In this document: positions 17,622 to 25,540 of the stretch, in pieces
How the letters are laid out: each line of letters begins with the position of its first letter
Position numbering within the stretch: position 1 is the stretch's first letter
IMG/VR virus record: IMGVR_UViG_3300044277_000005
Coordinates: 1-39,604 of that record
DNA length: 39,604 nt
From: a virus
Taxonomy: Duplodnaviria; Caudoviricetes
Reading direction: 5' to 3' (one strand)
The notes under the pieces: generated by a model
The model's database searches: none
Seen by the model: only the letters and a program-made list of their open reading frames with translations
Told to the model about the DNA's origin: nothing
Made by a program: the position numbers and the translations under genes

Positions 17622-19283
17622 TTAATAAACGGTGCGTCCGGTTTCGATCCACTGACCATAGGCCGAGGAATACACAAGGTCCATCGACTGCACGAGGCCA
17701 GTGCTGCCGCCGATCTGGACACTGGCAGCGCCACCGGCAAAGCGGATATTGGTGTTAAGCAAAATGATTGACCACGACATGCCGATCAGCGTGATCTTTT
17801 GCCCATCGACTGCCCCGGTTTTGTCAAGGACGCAGTTGGAACGCACTGCGCCGGCGCCGGTCACGAACACGATTTCGGAGGCTGGGGTTTTCGTCTGCCC
17901 GTCTGCCGTATAGGAAAGCGTGGTCGGCGTGCTGGCTGCTTTTTGATAGGTGACGGCCTTGCTGCTGTCATCTAGTGTCAAAAGCGTGTCTCCGCTCGGC
18001 CCCTTCAGTACGCGCTGCGTCGTGCTGGCGTAACTGTCAACCCAGCCATTGCGCGTCTCGAAGTTGGACGAGGCGTCATCGATGACACAGTTGGTCGCCG
18101 AGGCTGAATATACAGTCGCCACGTTGTCGTAATGATTGTGCCGCGCAGTGAAGGAGCGGTAGGTGTTGACCGTTGCGCGCGAAACAATGGCGAAGTTGTA
18201 CAGTTCAAAGTAGTTGTTACCGTCGATGACCTCACCGAAGACGTTGGCGCCCAGGTCAATCGCCGTCCCCACTTTCGCGCCAGCCGTGCCGGTGGCAGAC
18301 TGGAACAGGCAGCGCGAGTAGGAATTGCCGCCGCCGCGCACCATCCTGACCGGGTAGTCGCACAGGTGCTGGTTTCCGGTGAACTTGGTGGCAGTGATGC
18401 CGTTCGTGCTGTAATCGTCAATGTCGCGCGCAAAGGCGTACCCGGCAGCACCGAAGTGGTTGCCCTCAATGCGGTGCGTATAGGCGCCAGAGACAAACCC
18501 GGCATCGGGGTCCTGATCGGTCAGCACGACCGCCGTGCCGGATTGCGTAACCGCAGCCAGGAAGCGGTTATCGTGCATGTAACACCATCCAGCATAGATC
18601 CGCGCGCAGATATTGCTGGCTGAGCCTGGGCGGAACAGGATGCCCGATACTTCTGCCAGCGCCGCAGCCACACGCAGCAAATCGTGCGTGCTGCCAGCCG
18701 CAGTCGTCAGGTAGGTATTCTGCTTCGATTCTCCGAACAGGCGCTGACCGGTCGTGGCGATCTTGAGCGGCGCATTGATCCGGTAGACGCCGTTCGGCAG
18801 ATAAACGCTGCGCCCGGTGTTGAGTGCCGCCTGAATCGCCGGCTGGTCGTCGGTCGTGCCGTCGCCTTTGGCGCCGAAGTCCTTGGCACTCACCACATCG
18901 CGCAATCTGTCCTGCACCGTACGCAAGGCAGCGCCAGTGCCAGACTGCATGAACGCCACCAGCGACGAGCCAGTGCCTGACGCCAGATCGCCCTTGGTGG
19001 CATACGGGTTATCGTCGGGATCGGCCAGTACGACCTTGCGCGTAAAAGTGGCAATGCGCAGGCTGGTAAAGGTTTCCGTGTACTCGCCGTTCGCGGCGTA
19101 GTAGCCGTAATACCCGTTCAGGTCGGTCTTGATCGGCTGCGCCAGCGGCGTCACGCCATTGTCGGAATACAGGGATGCCGGCAGGCCGGTCTTGTCGTCA
19201 ATGACGGTGATCGACACATCGGACAGCGGTTGCAGGGAATTGCCGTTGAGGCGGGCGGCGACGTTTTCTTCGCGTCGTTGCAT
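17622..19283 (-). CDS. Tailspike/receptor-binding protein with pectate-lyase-like beta-helix
   Basis: RTVQD.LRD.VS.KDFGAKGDG.TDD..AIQAA.....SVYLP.GVY; N-terminal P..TD.NG.Y.YYA.NG.Y head-binding-type domain. Confidence 0.85.
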   Translation of the reverse strand: MQRREENVAARLNGNSLQPLSDVSITVIDDKTGLPASLYSDNGVTPLAQPIKTDLNGYYGYYAANGEYTETFTSLRIATFTRKVVLADPDDNPYATKGDLASGTGSSLVAFMQSGTGAALRTVQDRLRDVVSAKDFGAKGDGTTDDQPAIQAALNTGRSVYLPNGVYRINAPLKIATTGQRLFGESKQNTYLTTAAGSTHDLLRVAAALAEVSGILFRPGSASNICARIYAGWCYMHDNRFLAAVTQSGTAVVLTDQDPDAGFVSGAYTHRIEGNHFGAAGYAFARDIDDYSTNGITATKFTGNQHLCDYPVRMVRGGGNSYSRCLFQSATGTAGAKVGTAIDLGANVFGEVIDGNNYFELYNFAIVSRATVNTYRSFTARHNHYDNVATVYSASATNCVIDDASSNFETRNGWVDSYASTTQRVLKGPSGDTLLTLDDSSKAVTYQKAASTPTTLSYTADGQTKTPASEIVFVTGAGAVRSNCVLDKTGAVDGQKITLIGMSWSIILLNTNIRFAGGAASVQIGGSTGLVQSMDLVYSSAYGQWIETGRTVY

Positions 19284-19302
19284 GGGGATGAATCCTTTCC
19301 GG

Positions 19303-19371
19303 CGCCATCACGGCGGTGAGAAATCGTATAGCGGTATTTTACCGCAGGGCATTATTTGCTTGCGTAAATAT
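19303..19371 (-). promoter_or_regulatory. Putative late promoter and leader hairpin for the tail genes
   Basis: ATATTTACGCA(19371-19361)-19 bp-TAAAAT(19341-19336), then CGCC-GTGAT-GGCG hairpin; same layout upstream of the capsid gene. Confidence 0.55.
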
Positions 19372-19701
19372 CTACAGCTTGCCCTTCCAGATCCTGAAAG
19401 CGGCGTTGGCCGGGTCGTTGCAAATGCGTTTCATGTGGACCGGGTTGCGCATCACTTCGGCAAACGTCACGCCGTGCTCATTGCAGTACTTCTCGATGAT
19501 GACGTTCGGGATTTTTGCCGCGTGCCGCATGTCTGCCGAACCGACATTGCCGATGGCCTGCTGCTGCTTGGCGTATTCGGCAATCGGGGTGCAGTCCTGG
19601 GATTGCGCAATGATGAGCTTGCCGTCGTACTCGGCAAAGCTGGTGCGCAGTTGGTCCTGCTGGCGTTTCTGTTGGCGGGCGGCGAGTACGGGGTTCAACA
19701 T
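19372..19701 (-). CDS. Hypothetical virion-module protein
   Basis: AAGGAG RBS; SQDC.PI...A.IP.V..E.Y...ND..N..FR pattern. Confidence 0.7.
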   Translation of the reverse strand: MLNPVLAARQQKRQQDQLRTSFAEYDGKLIIAQSQDCTPIAEYAKQQQAIGNVGSADMRHAAKIPNVIIEKYCNEHGVTFAEVMRNPVHMKRICNDPANAAFRIWKGKL

Positions 19702-19710
19702 GGCTCCTTG

Positions 19711-20130
19711 TTAGCGGCGGCCCTTGCGGCGGGACCGGGATGATTTGGCGGAGGACACGTTACCTGGCACCACATGCGGCGCGGCAGCAGGAACAGTCAC
19801 CGTTGCCGTGCCATTATAGTTTCCATCAAGCACGCTTGTCGCCTTCACCGTGATGGTTTGCGCCGATCCGGTGGCGCCTGGCGCGAAGAACACGCCTGCC
19901 GCGTTGATCGAACCGCCCCCGGCCACAATCGACCATGTGACGGCTTGTGAGGGCGAATTGGTTCCCGCGACTGTTGCTGTGAACACTTGCGCATCGCCCC
20001 CGGCCACCGTGGCGGTCGAGGGGGAGACGGTCACGCCGGTAACAGTCGGGGCCGCGCCGAGATTCGCCGACGATTGCTCATCGAGAATCGCGTTCGCCCC
20101 GTTGAACTGGTTCGACAGGACGCCGGCCAT
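19711..20130 (-). CDS. Ig-like domain protein with basic C-terminal tail
   Basis: VTGVTVSP.TATV.G....FTATV.G......VTWS...G.I...G...AP........V.ATS. Confidence 0.75.
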   Translation of the reverse strand: MAGVLSNQFNGANAILDEQSSANLGAAPTVTGVTVSPSTATVAGGDAQVFTATVAGTNSPSQAVTWSIVAGGGSINAAGVFFAPGATGSAQTITVKATSVLDGNYNGTATVTVPAAAPHVVPGNVSSAKSSRSRRKGRR

Positions 20131-21743
20131 CAGCTCACGCCCACCACGCCACAGAAGGCTTTGGTGCCATGCGTTACCAGCAATGTCCCGTTCGCCCCCG
20201 GCGCCAGGGTCGTGCCGGTGATATTGAGCGTCATCACACCGCTGGCGTTGGTCGTGCCGGCGCTACCTTTGACGGATGGCGCGCCCAGCGATGCGGTGCC
20301 GGTCTGGTCGAACAGCGCCCACGACACGCCGGTCAGGCTGGCCCACGGCACGTTACTCGTGTTCACCAGCGTGATGCTCAGGCTCGTCGCCACGGCGGCG
20401 GGAATCGAGACAGTCGCGGTGCCGGCCTTGGTGCCGTCCGCTACGCTGGTTGCGGTGATCGTGGCCGACTGGGCCGAACCCGTTGCAGCGGGGGCGGTGT
20501 ACAGGCCGGTAGAGGCGTTGATCGACCCTGCCCCGGTAACGCTCCACGTTACCGACTGCGAAGGCGAGTTTGTGCCATTCACCGTGGCCGAGAACTGGCG
20601 AGTAGTCGAGCCGCTGACGGTGGCCGACGAGGGAGACACGGTGACGCTGGTCACGGTCGGGCCTGCCGCCTGCTCGACATTGAATTGCGCGATGGACGAG
20701 TTGGACTGCTCGGAACTGTAGGCCCATTTGTTATTCGGCGCGACCACAAAACCGTAGGGACCGCCGCTGCCAACGCGGGCGCCCGATGGGGAGCGGGTGT
20801 TGACGGAACCAGGCGTCTTTGCCGTCAGCAGACCGGTACTGACATTCCGGTCATATTGCGTGACGAGCTGCGCATCGCTTTGGGCGACGTACAGCGTCGT
20901 GTTGCTGGCGTCCTTGGAAACATCAATGTTCCAGGGGCCGCCATTGTTGTCGGTAGTCTGCGCGGGGCTTGCCAGGGCCGTCAGGTTGTTGGTCGAAGGG
21001 TCGCGCGAGTAGACGCCGGTCAGGTAGTTCGCGGAGTCGCAGGCGACATACACGAACAGGCCGTCATTGGTGCTGACCAGCGCGTTCGGGAAGTTCGACG
21101 GCGAGGCGACAAACGGGGTAGAGGTCGGCGTCAGCACGCCGCTGACCTGATCAAAGCTGAAGCACATGACCCGCGTATTGCCGGTGCTGGCGATATACAC
21201 GCCACAGATACCGGAGGCATCGGGCGGCGTGATCGTCACCCCCTGTGGAGCAGAGCCGCAGGCGTAGGATGTTCCCGTTCCGAGATTGCCGATGGTGTCG
21301 AGCGGGTAGACCACGACCGTGCTGTTGCCATACATCGGCACGATGGCGAATTTCGAGTTCGGGGAAATCGCAACCCCATCGGGCGAGCTTGCCAACGCGC
21401 CAGGGGCTTTGCCGATGCCGGTTAGCGATCCGTCAGTCTGGTTGATCGAGTAGGACCAGACCTCGCTGCGGCCTCGCGCGGCGACAACCAGAAACTTGCC
21501 GTCGGGCGTCACCTTCGGCCAGCGTGCATTGCCGGCACTAATGCCAGCAACGGTGCCAGTACCAATTGGGGACAGTTGACCTGTGCCCTGGTCAATCGAG
21601 AACTGCGCCACGCCATACGGAGTGGCCGCCAGGACGGCGTAAAGGTATTTGCTTTGCGGATCGACCGCCAGGCCGTAGGGGAAGCTGCTTGCCGGCACGG
21701 ATGCGCTCGGCGTTGCCATCAAGGTCAGCGCACCGACGCTCAT
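20130..21743 (-). CDS. Lactonase-like beta-propeller plus Ig-like domain protein
   Basis: Repeated P....V.P.GKF.Y/V blades with .D...G.L turns; Ig-like domain near the C-terminus. Confidence 0.7.
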   Translation of the reverse strand: MSVGALTLMATPSASVPASSFPYGLAVDPQSKYLYAVLAATPYGVAQFSIDQGTGQLSPIGTGTVAGISAGNARWPKVTPDGKFLVVAARGRSEVWSYSINQTDGSLTGIGKAPGALASSPDGVAISPNSKFAIVPMYGNSTVVVYPLDTIGNLGTGTSYACGSAPQGVTITPPDASGICGVYIASTGNTRVMCFSFDQVSGVLTPTSTPFVASPSNFPNALVSTNDGLFVYVACDSANYLTGVYSRDPSTNNLTALASPAQTTDNNGGPWNIDVSKDASNTTLYVAQSDAQLVTQYDRNVSTGLLTAKTPGSVNTRSPSGARVGSGGPYGFVVAPNNKWAYSSEQSNSSIAQFNVEQAAGPTVTSVTVSPSSATVSGSTTRQFSATVNGTNSPSQSVTWSVTGAGSINASTGLYTAPAATGSAQSATITATSVADGTKAGTATVSIPAAVATSLSITLVNTSNVPWASLTGVSWALFDQTGTASLGAPSVKGSAGTTNASGVMTLNITGTTLAPGANGTLLVTHGTKAFCGVVGVS

Positions 21744-22040
21744 TTACAGCCCCTCGCCTGCGGTAAAGAACAGGGTGGCGGTGTTGCCGGTGTCGCAGAT
21801 CGCAGCGACCTTGGCCTGCACGCCCTTGGTGAACAGTTCGGTATTGCCCGCAGCAATCGGCATCTTGGCAGTGGTCGAGGTCACGCCGGTGCCGCCGAAT
21901 TGCAGATAGGCGATGTTCGGGCCGGCGTTGAACACGCGGACCACGGAGGAATTCGGATCGAGGGACACCGAAGCGCTTGCGGCAGTCGCGGCAAGCTGCA
22001 CGGTGTCAGCGCCACTCGGCGCAAAGGTCTTGGTCTTCAT
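21744..22040 (-). CDS. Small beta-rich protein, possible capsid decoration
   Basis: 98 aa directly after the capsid gene; AAGGGA RBS. Confidence 0.6.
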   Translation of the reverse strand: MKTKTFAPSGADTVQLAATAASASVSLDPNSSVVRVFNAGPNIAYLQFGGTGVTSTTAKMPIAAGNTELFTKGVQAKVAAICDTGNTATLFFTAGEGL

Positions 22041-22052
22041 GGAGTCCCTTGT

Positions 22053-22076
22053 AAAAGCAGCCCCCGAAGGGGCCGC
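22053..22076 (-). terminator. Intrinsic terminator after the major capsid gene
   Basis: GCGGCCCC-TTCG-GGGGCTGC-TTTT. Confidence 0.8.
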
Positions 22077-22088
22077 TCAGGTTGCCGA

Positions 22089-24005
22089 TTACGACAAATC
22101 GAGGATGGCGCCGTTCGCTTTCGGGTTCTTCGCTTCCAGGGTGTACTCGACGATGATCTGCTTGCGCGTTGCATCGCCGGTCTTCGCCAGGTCCTGGGTG
22201 AAGAACGGGCGCAGGTAGGCCACCGCCCACATGTCGGGGTCGAGGACGAACACATCGCGGGTACGCATGCGGCGGTTCGGCACCGCTTTCAGTTCGCCGA
22301 AGTCCGACACGTACACGTCCACCGCTGCGGTCACGCTCTTGTCTTCCGACTTGTCGAAGCGGGTCGAGCCGCCAGTGAAGGCCGAGAAGTTCTGCTTCTG
22401 GATCGGCGGCATCATGATGACGGACGGATTGCCGCCGGCGGTGTAGACCTTCTGCGCGATGTCCTTGATCTGCGACTCGGCGAAAGCGCGCTGGGTGCCA
22501 TCGGTCTGTGCCACGTTGGTGACGTAGTTCGGGGCGACGTAGCCCGAACCAGCGTTCACGTTGTCGCCAGCCCAGCCGACCAGACCACGCGACTGACGCG
22601 GGGAGCCGGTCGTGGCGGTGCTGTTCTGGGTCAGGCCCACTTCCATGTCGTTGCGCAGCTCCAGCGACTTGAGCATCATCTGGTAGCCCAGCTCCGACTT
22701 GCGGCCCGCCGAGGTCACGGCTTCCTGCGAACCCGACACCGAGACGGTCTTGGTGCTGATCTGGGTGTAGTTGTTCAGGCGCACAGTCGGGGTGACAGCG
22801 GCGGCGGTCGCATCGTCGCCTTCGGCAGCGGCGTTGTTGGCCGGCGTTGCCAGGTCCTGGGTCTGCCATTCGTGCTTGACGCCGGTCGCCTTGTTCTTGC
22901 CGATCATCGACATGAACGGGGTGTCGGTCGGGGTGATGCGGTAGATAATCGTTTATGTTATCGGCAAGCTCTTTATCTTGCCTTCTAGAACTTTCGAACT
23001 AGACCAGACTATATCATCCCATTACGGGTCGGGCGCTCGTGGGCGGAGTATCGTTTCCTCACCGCCTAGTCGTTGAACCTTCACCACCCCTGGCCCTTGC
23101 GGGTTACATGTGGTGCTCGGCTGCTGATTGCCCAATCCGACAAATTTTCAAACATTCGCGCTCACCGTTGCCAGTCACGCTGTAGTTTTGTCGGCTCTAA
23201 GGGGTTTCCAGCAATTCACCCAATTTTCAATGATGCCTAGTGTGATGACACTTAGGGCAGAGAACTTCGCTATTCGCAGGATCAAACCGATGCTCAGGAA
23301 ACTTGGCAAACGACTTCACATGATGCACATGAAGCTTTACCTTTACTCCGCAACATTCGCAAGTCTTCCCATCGACTACGCCGCACTCTTCACATTTGTG
23401 GCCTGCACGTTCCAGAGCTTTTTGCTTCCACTCTCGCGCCTGCCAACTGTTTCTCGCGCGGCGGTTAATCTCAGTGAGACCGCCTTTCCAGTTCGGGTTT
23501 TTCTCTCCGTACGCAGCATTGGCTATCAGCGACTTCCTGATGTTAGCCTTATGCTCGTCCGTGAAAACACGCCCTGGCCTCAATCTATGGTTGCGGTGCT
23601 CCGTCAGTTCTATTCCATGCTCTTTAAGGCGATTAAAAACTACTGTCTCGCCTACTCCGAATTCCAGCGCAATATCACGCATGGACTTCGTTTGATACAT
23701 GGCCTCCAGTACTTGCTTCGGCGGGTCGAATGTTCTTCGGCCCCCTGCCTTCTTCGCCGTGATCCCGTGGCGCTTTAGGGCTTTTCGCACTGTCTCCGGA
23801 TTAACCGAAAACTGCGCGCCGATTTGAGCACAAGAGTAGATCTGATAAAGCCGTTCTAATTCCTGCTTCGGTAAATCAAACTTCGCTGCGACTGCCATTC
23901 TCGCCCCCACTAAACATCAAGGGGACTATTATACTATCAATCCGACAGATCTTCGCGATTACCGACAGCAGCGCCGGTTTGATAAGTATTGGTTGGTGCA
24001 GCCAT
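22089..24005 (-). CDS. Major capsid protein (DUF5309/SU10-type), spliced: exon 1 24005-23940 + exon 2 22949-22089, 308 aa
   Basis: Exon 1 MAAPTNTYQTGAAVGNREDLSD (AGGAG RBS) joins in frame to IIYRITPTDTPFMSMIGK...HEWQT..L, restoring the family's GNREDLSD.I..I.P.DTPF N-terminus. Confidence 0.92.
22950..23939 (-). mobile_element. Group I intron (990 nt) in the major capsid gene
   Basis: 5' exon ends in U, intron ends in G; P AATTGCTGGAAA (23216-23205), Q AATCAGCAG (23129-23121), R GTTCAACGACTA (23078-23067), S ATGATATAGTC (23017-23007); P1, P3, P7 and P10 pairings present. Confidence 0.92.
23227..23898 (-). CDS. Intron-encoded HNH homing endonuclease
   Basis: Two HTH-like repeats, NUMOD3-like FTDEHKANI, GEKNPNWKGG, CEEC..LHVHHVK....N...LCPKCH; start ATG 23898 (alternative GTG 23910). 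Confidence 0.88.
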   Translation of the reverse strand: MAVAAKFDLPKQELERLYQIYSCAQIGAQFSVNPETVRKALKRHGITAKKAGGRRTFDPPKQVLEAMYQTKSMRDIALEFGVGETVVFNRLKEHGIELTEHRNHRLRPGRVFTDEHKANIRKSLIANAAYGEKNPNWKGGLTEINRRARNSWQAREWKQKALERAGHKCEECGVVDGKTCECCGVKVKLHVHHVKSFAKFPEHRFDPANSEVLCPKCHHTRHH

Positions 24006-24021
24006 TTGTAAATCTCCTATA

Positions 24022-24084
24022 GCCTCTCGGCATATGAAACTAGGTTGAATTGTAGCAAGTTTCCTTGCCGTACTGCGTAAATAT
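24022..24084 (-). promoter_or_regulatory. Putative late promoter and leader hairpin for the capsid gene
   Basis: ATATTTACGCA(24084-24074)-19 bp-TACAAT(24054-24049, TGn-extended), then GCC-GAGA-GGC hairpin before the RBS. Confidence 0.6.
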
Positions 24085-25073
24085 TAATCGCCCAGGAATG
24101 CTTCAAACGCCTTGGCGCCCGCTTCACGCGAGCCGGTCTTGGCGAGATTGCGCATTGCCGAGGTGCGGCCATCCGTGGCCTTGATCTGCGTGGTGCCGGG
24201 GCGCTCGACTTTCGCCGGTGCCTTCGCCACCACAGTCTTTGTTGCTTTGGCGCGCTCCAGAAGGGCGTCATACTGCATCGCCTTGCGGGCCATCAGCACC
24301 AGGCGATGATCGCCCAACGCGCCGATGTCCTGATCGCTGAACTCCTGCGTCTTGAGGTAGTCCTTGATCTTGCTTGACTCTTCCTTCGCTTTCGCCGGGT
24401 CCTTCCATTCGGGAAGCTTGGCGTGCAACTGTTCAAGCTGCTTTGCCTGGTATTCCCGCGCGGCGGACTCGTGTTCCTGCTGCCGCTCGCCGTCGATCCG
24501 TTGCAGTTCGGCCTGAGCTTTGGCGAGGTTCGCTTGCCTTTCTCGGAAGGTGCGCTCCAGTGCCATGTACTCGACCGGATCACTGCGAAGCAGTTCTTCG
24601 GTTAGCGCCTTCGCCTGTTCCGCCAGGATGGTTTCCGACGTGATGGCGAAGTTGTTCAACTGCTGCGCGTAGTTATCGCGCTCGGCCTGTGCCTTCTGGC
24701 GCTCGGCGGTGGCGGCTTTGCGTTCTTCCGCTGCCTCCATCGTCTTTTGCGTGTAGTCCTTCTGGCGCAGGCCGTTCTTGTAATGCTCTGCAATCTCGGC
24801 CTTGGTCATCTGCACCGACTTGCCATCAACATCGATGGTGAAGGTGTCAGGCTCGGCGTTCGACTGCTCTTGTTCGCCTTCTTCCGCGTTGTTCTGGTTG
24901 GCGCTTGCAGCCTCATCGGCTAACAGGCGCTCCGCTGCGGCTTCGGGCGATTCTTCATTTGCTGCTTGCTGCGCTGGTTGGGCGCCGCTTTCCTCCGAAT
25001 TTTCGTCGGAAAAGAAAGAGGAAAACGAATCAACTAGCGATTCCGTGCTGGATTCAGTTGCCTGATTGTCCAA
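24084..25073 (-). CDS. Capsid scaffolding protein
   Basis: Acidic N-terminus, VDG.....T..E....Y....RQKDYTQKT, coiled coil, LPEWKD, DHR; directly upstream of the capsid gene. Confidence 0.85.
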   Translation of the reverse strand: MDNQATESSTESLVDSFSSFFSDENSEESGAQPAQQAANEESPEAAAERLLADEAASANQNNAEEGEQEQSNAEPDTFTIDVDGKSVQMTKAEIAEHYKNGLRQKDYTQKTMEAAEERKAATAERQKAQAERDNYAQQLNNFAITSETILAEQAKALTEELLRSDPVEYMALERTFRERQANLAKAQAELQRIDGERQQEHESAAREYQAKQLEQLHAKLPEWKDPAKAKEESSKIKDYLKTQEFSDQDIGALGDHRLVLMARKAMQYDALLERAKATKTVVAKAPAKVERPGTTQIKATDGRTSAMRNLAKTGSREAGAKAFEAFLGD

Positions 25074-25082
25074 GGTTGCTCC

Positions 25083-25430
25083 TTACACTGCGACGATATC
25101 GCCGCTCGATACCTGATAGGCGGGATTGCCTATCAAAACTTCTGCATGCACGCCGTTGCCAAGCTCGAACAGGTCGCCGCGCGCTTCGGGATACCAGCAG
25201 CGCACCACCTGCCGCTTCTCGGCCCGCATCGCATCGATGACCGTCAGCCAGTCAGCACGCCGTGCGCCCGTTCCCGCGCCAACTGCTGCGCCTGGTAGTC
25301 CAGCTCCGTCCGGGCGATCTTGCCATCCGTCAGCATCTCCGACAGGTGCATCTGCACCCGGTCGGTCAGCTTGAGCAGTTTCCAGAGTTCTTCGCGGCCT
25401 TCCGGGTCGCTTGCGGGGCTGTTCATCCAT
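25083..25430 (-). CDS. Hypothetical protein, 5' part overlapping the upstream gene; start uncertain
   Basis: 3' part fills the gap before the scaffold gene; N-terminal RKRPGRPRR. Confidence 0.45.
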   Translation of the reverse strand: MDEQPRKRPGRPRRTLETAQADRPGADAPVGDADGWQDRPDGAGLPGAAVGAGTGARRADWLTVIDAMRAEKRQVVRCWYPEARGDLFELGNGVHAEVLIGNPAYQVSSGDIVAV

Positions 25431-25540
25431 GCTTGGGTGTACTCCTGTTTCATGCGCTCGATGGCGAGTTTAAAAGCTTCGTTTTCCAGCACCTCGCGGG
25501 CGCGGTCGGCGTCATAGATGCGTTGTTCAAGCGTCGCCAT
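25244..25540 (-). CDS. Small helical protein between portal and scaffold
   Basis: A..VLENEAF..........W.NS...D.EGRE.LW pattern; ATG 25540 overlaps the portal 3' end. Confidence 0.75.
   Translation of the reverse strand: MATLEQRIYDADRAREVLENEAFKLAIERMKQEYTQAWMNSPASDPEGREELWKLLKLTDRVQMHLSEMLTDGKIARTELDYQAQQLARERAHGVLTG

Noticed and set aside
15699-19283. Diversity-generating retroelement or invertible tail-fibre cassette
   Set aside because: No reverse transcriptase, invertase or template/variable repeat pair was seen
22089-22913. Complete 274-aa capsid protein as listed in the ORF track
   Set aside because: It lacks the conserved N-terminus and an RBS; it is part of exon 2 of the spliced gene
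23128-23778. 216-aa + strand ORF inside the intron
   Set aside because: Antisense to the HNH gene and the ribozyme core, with no motif
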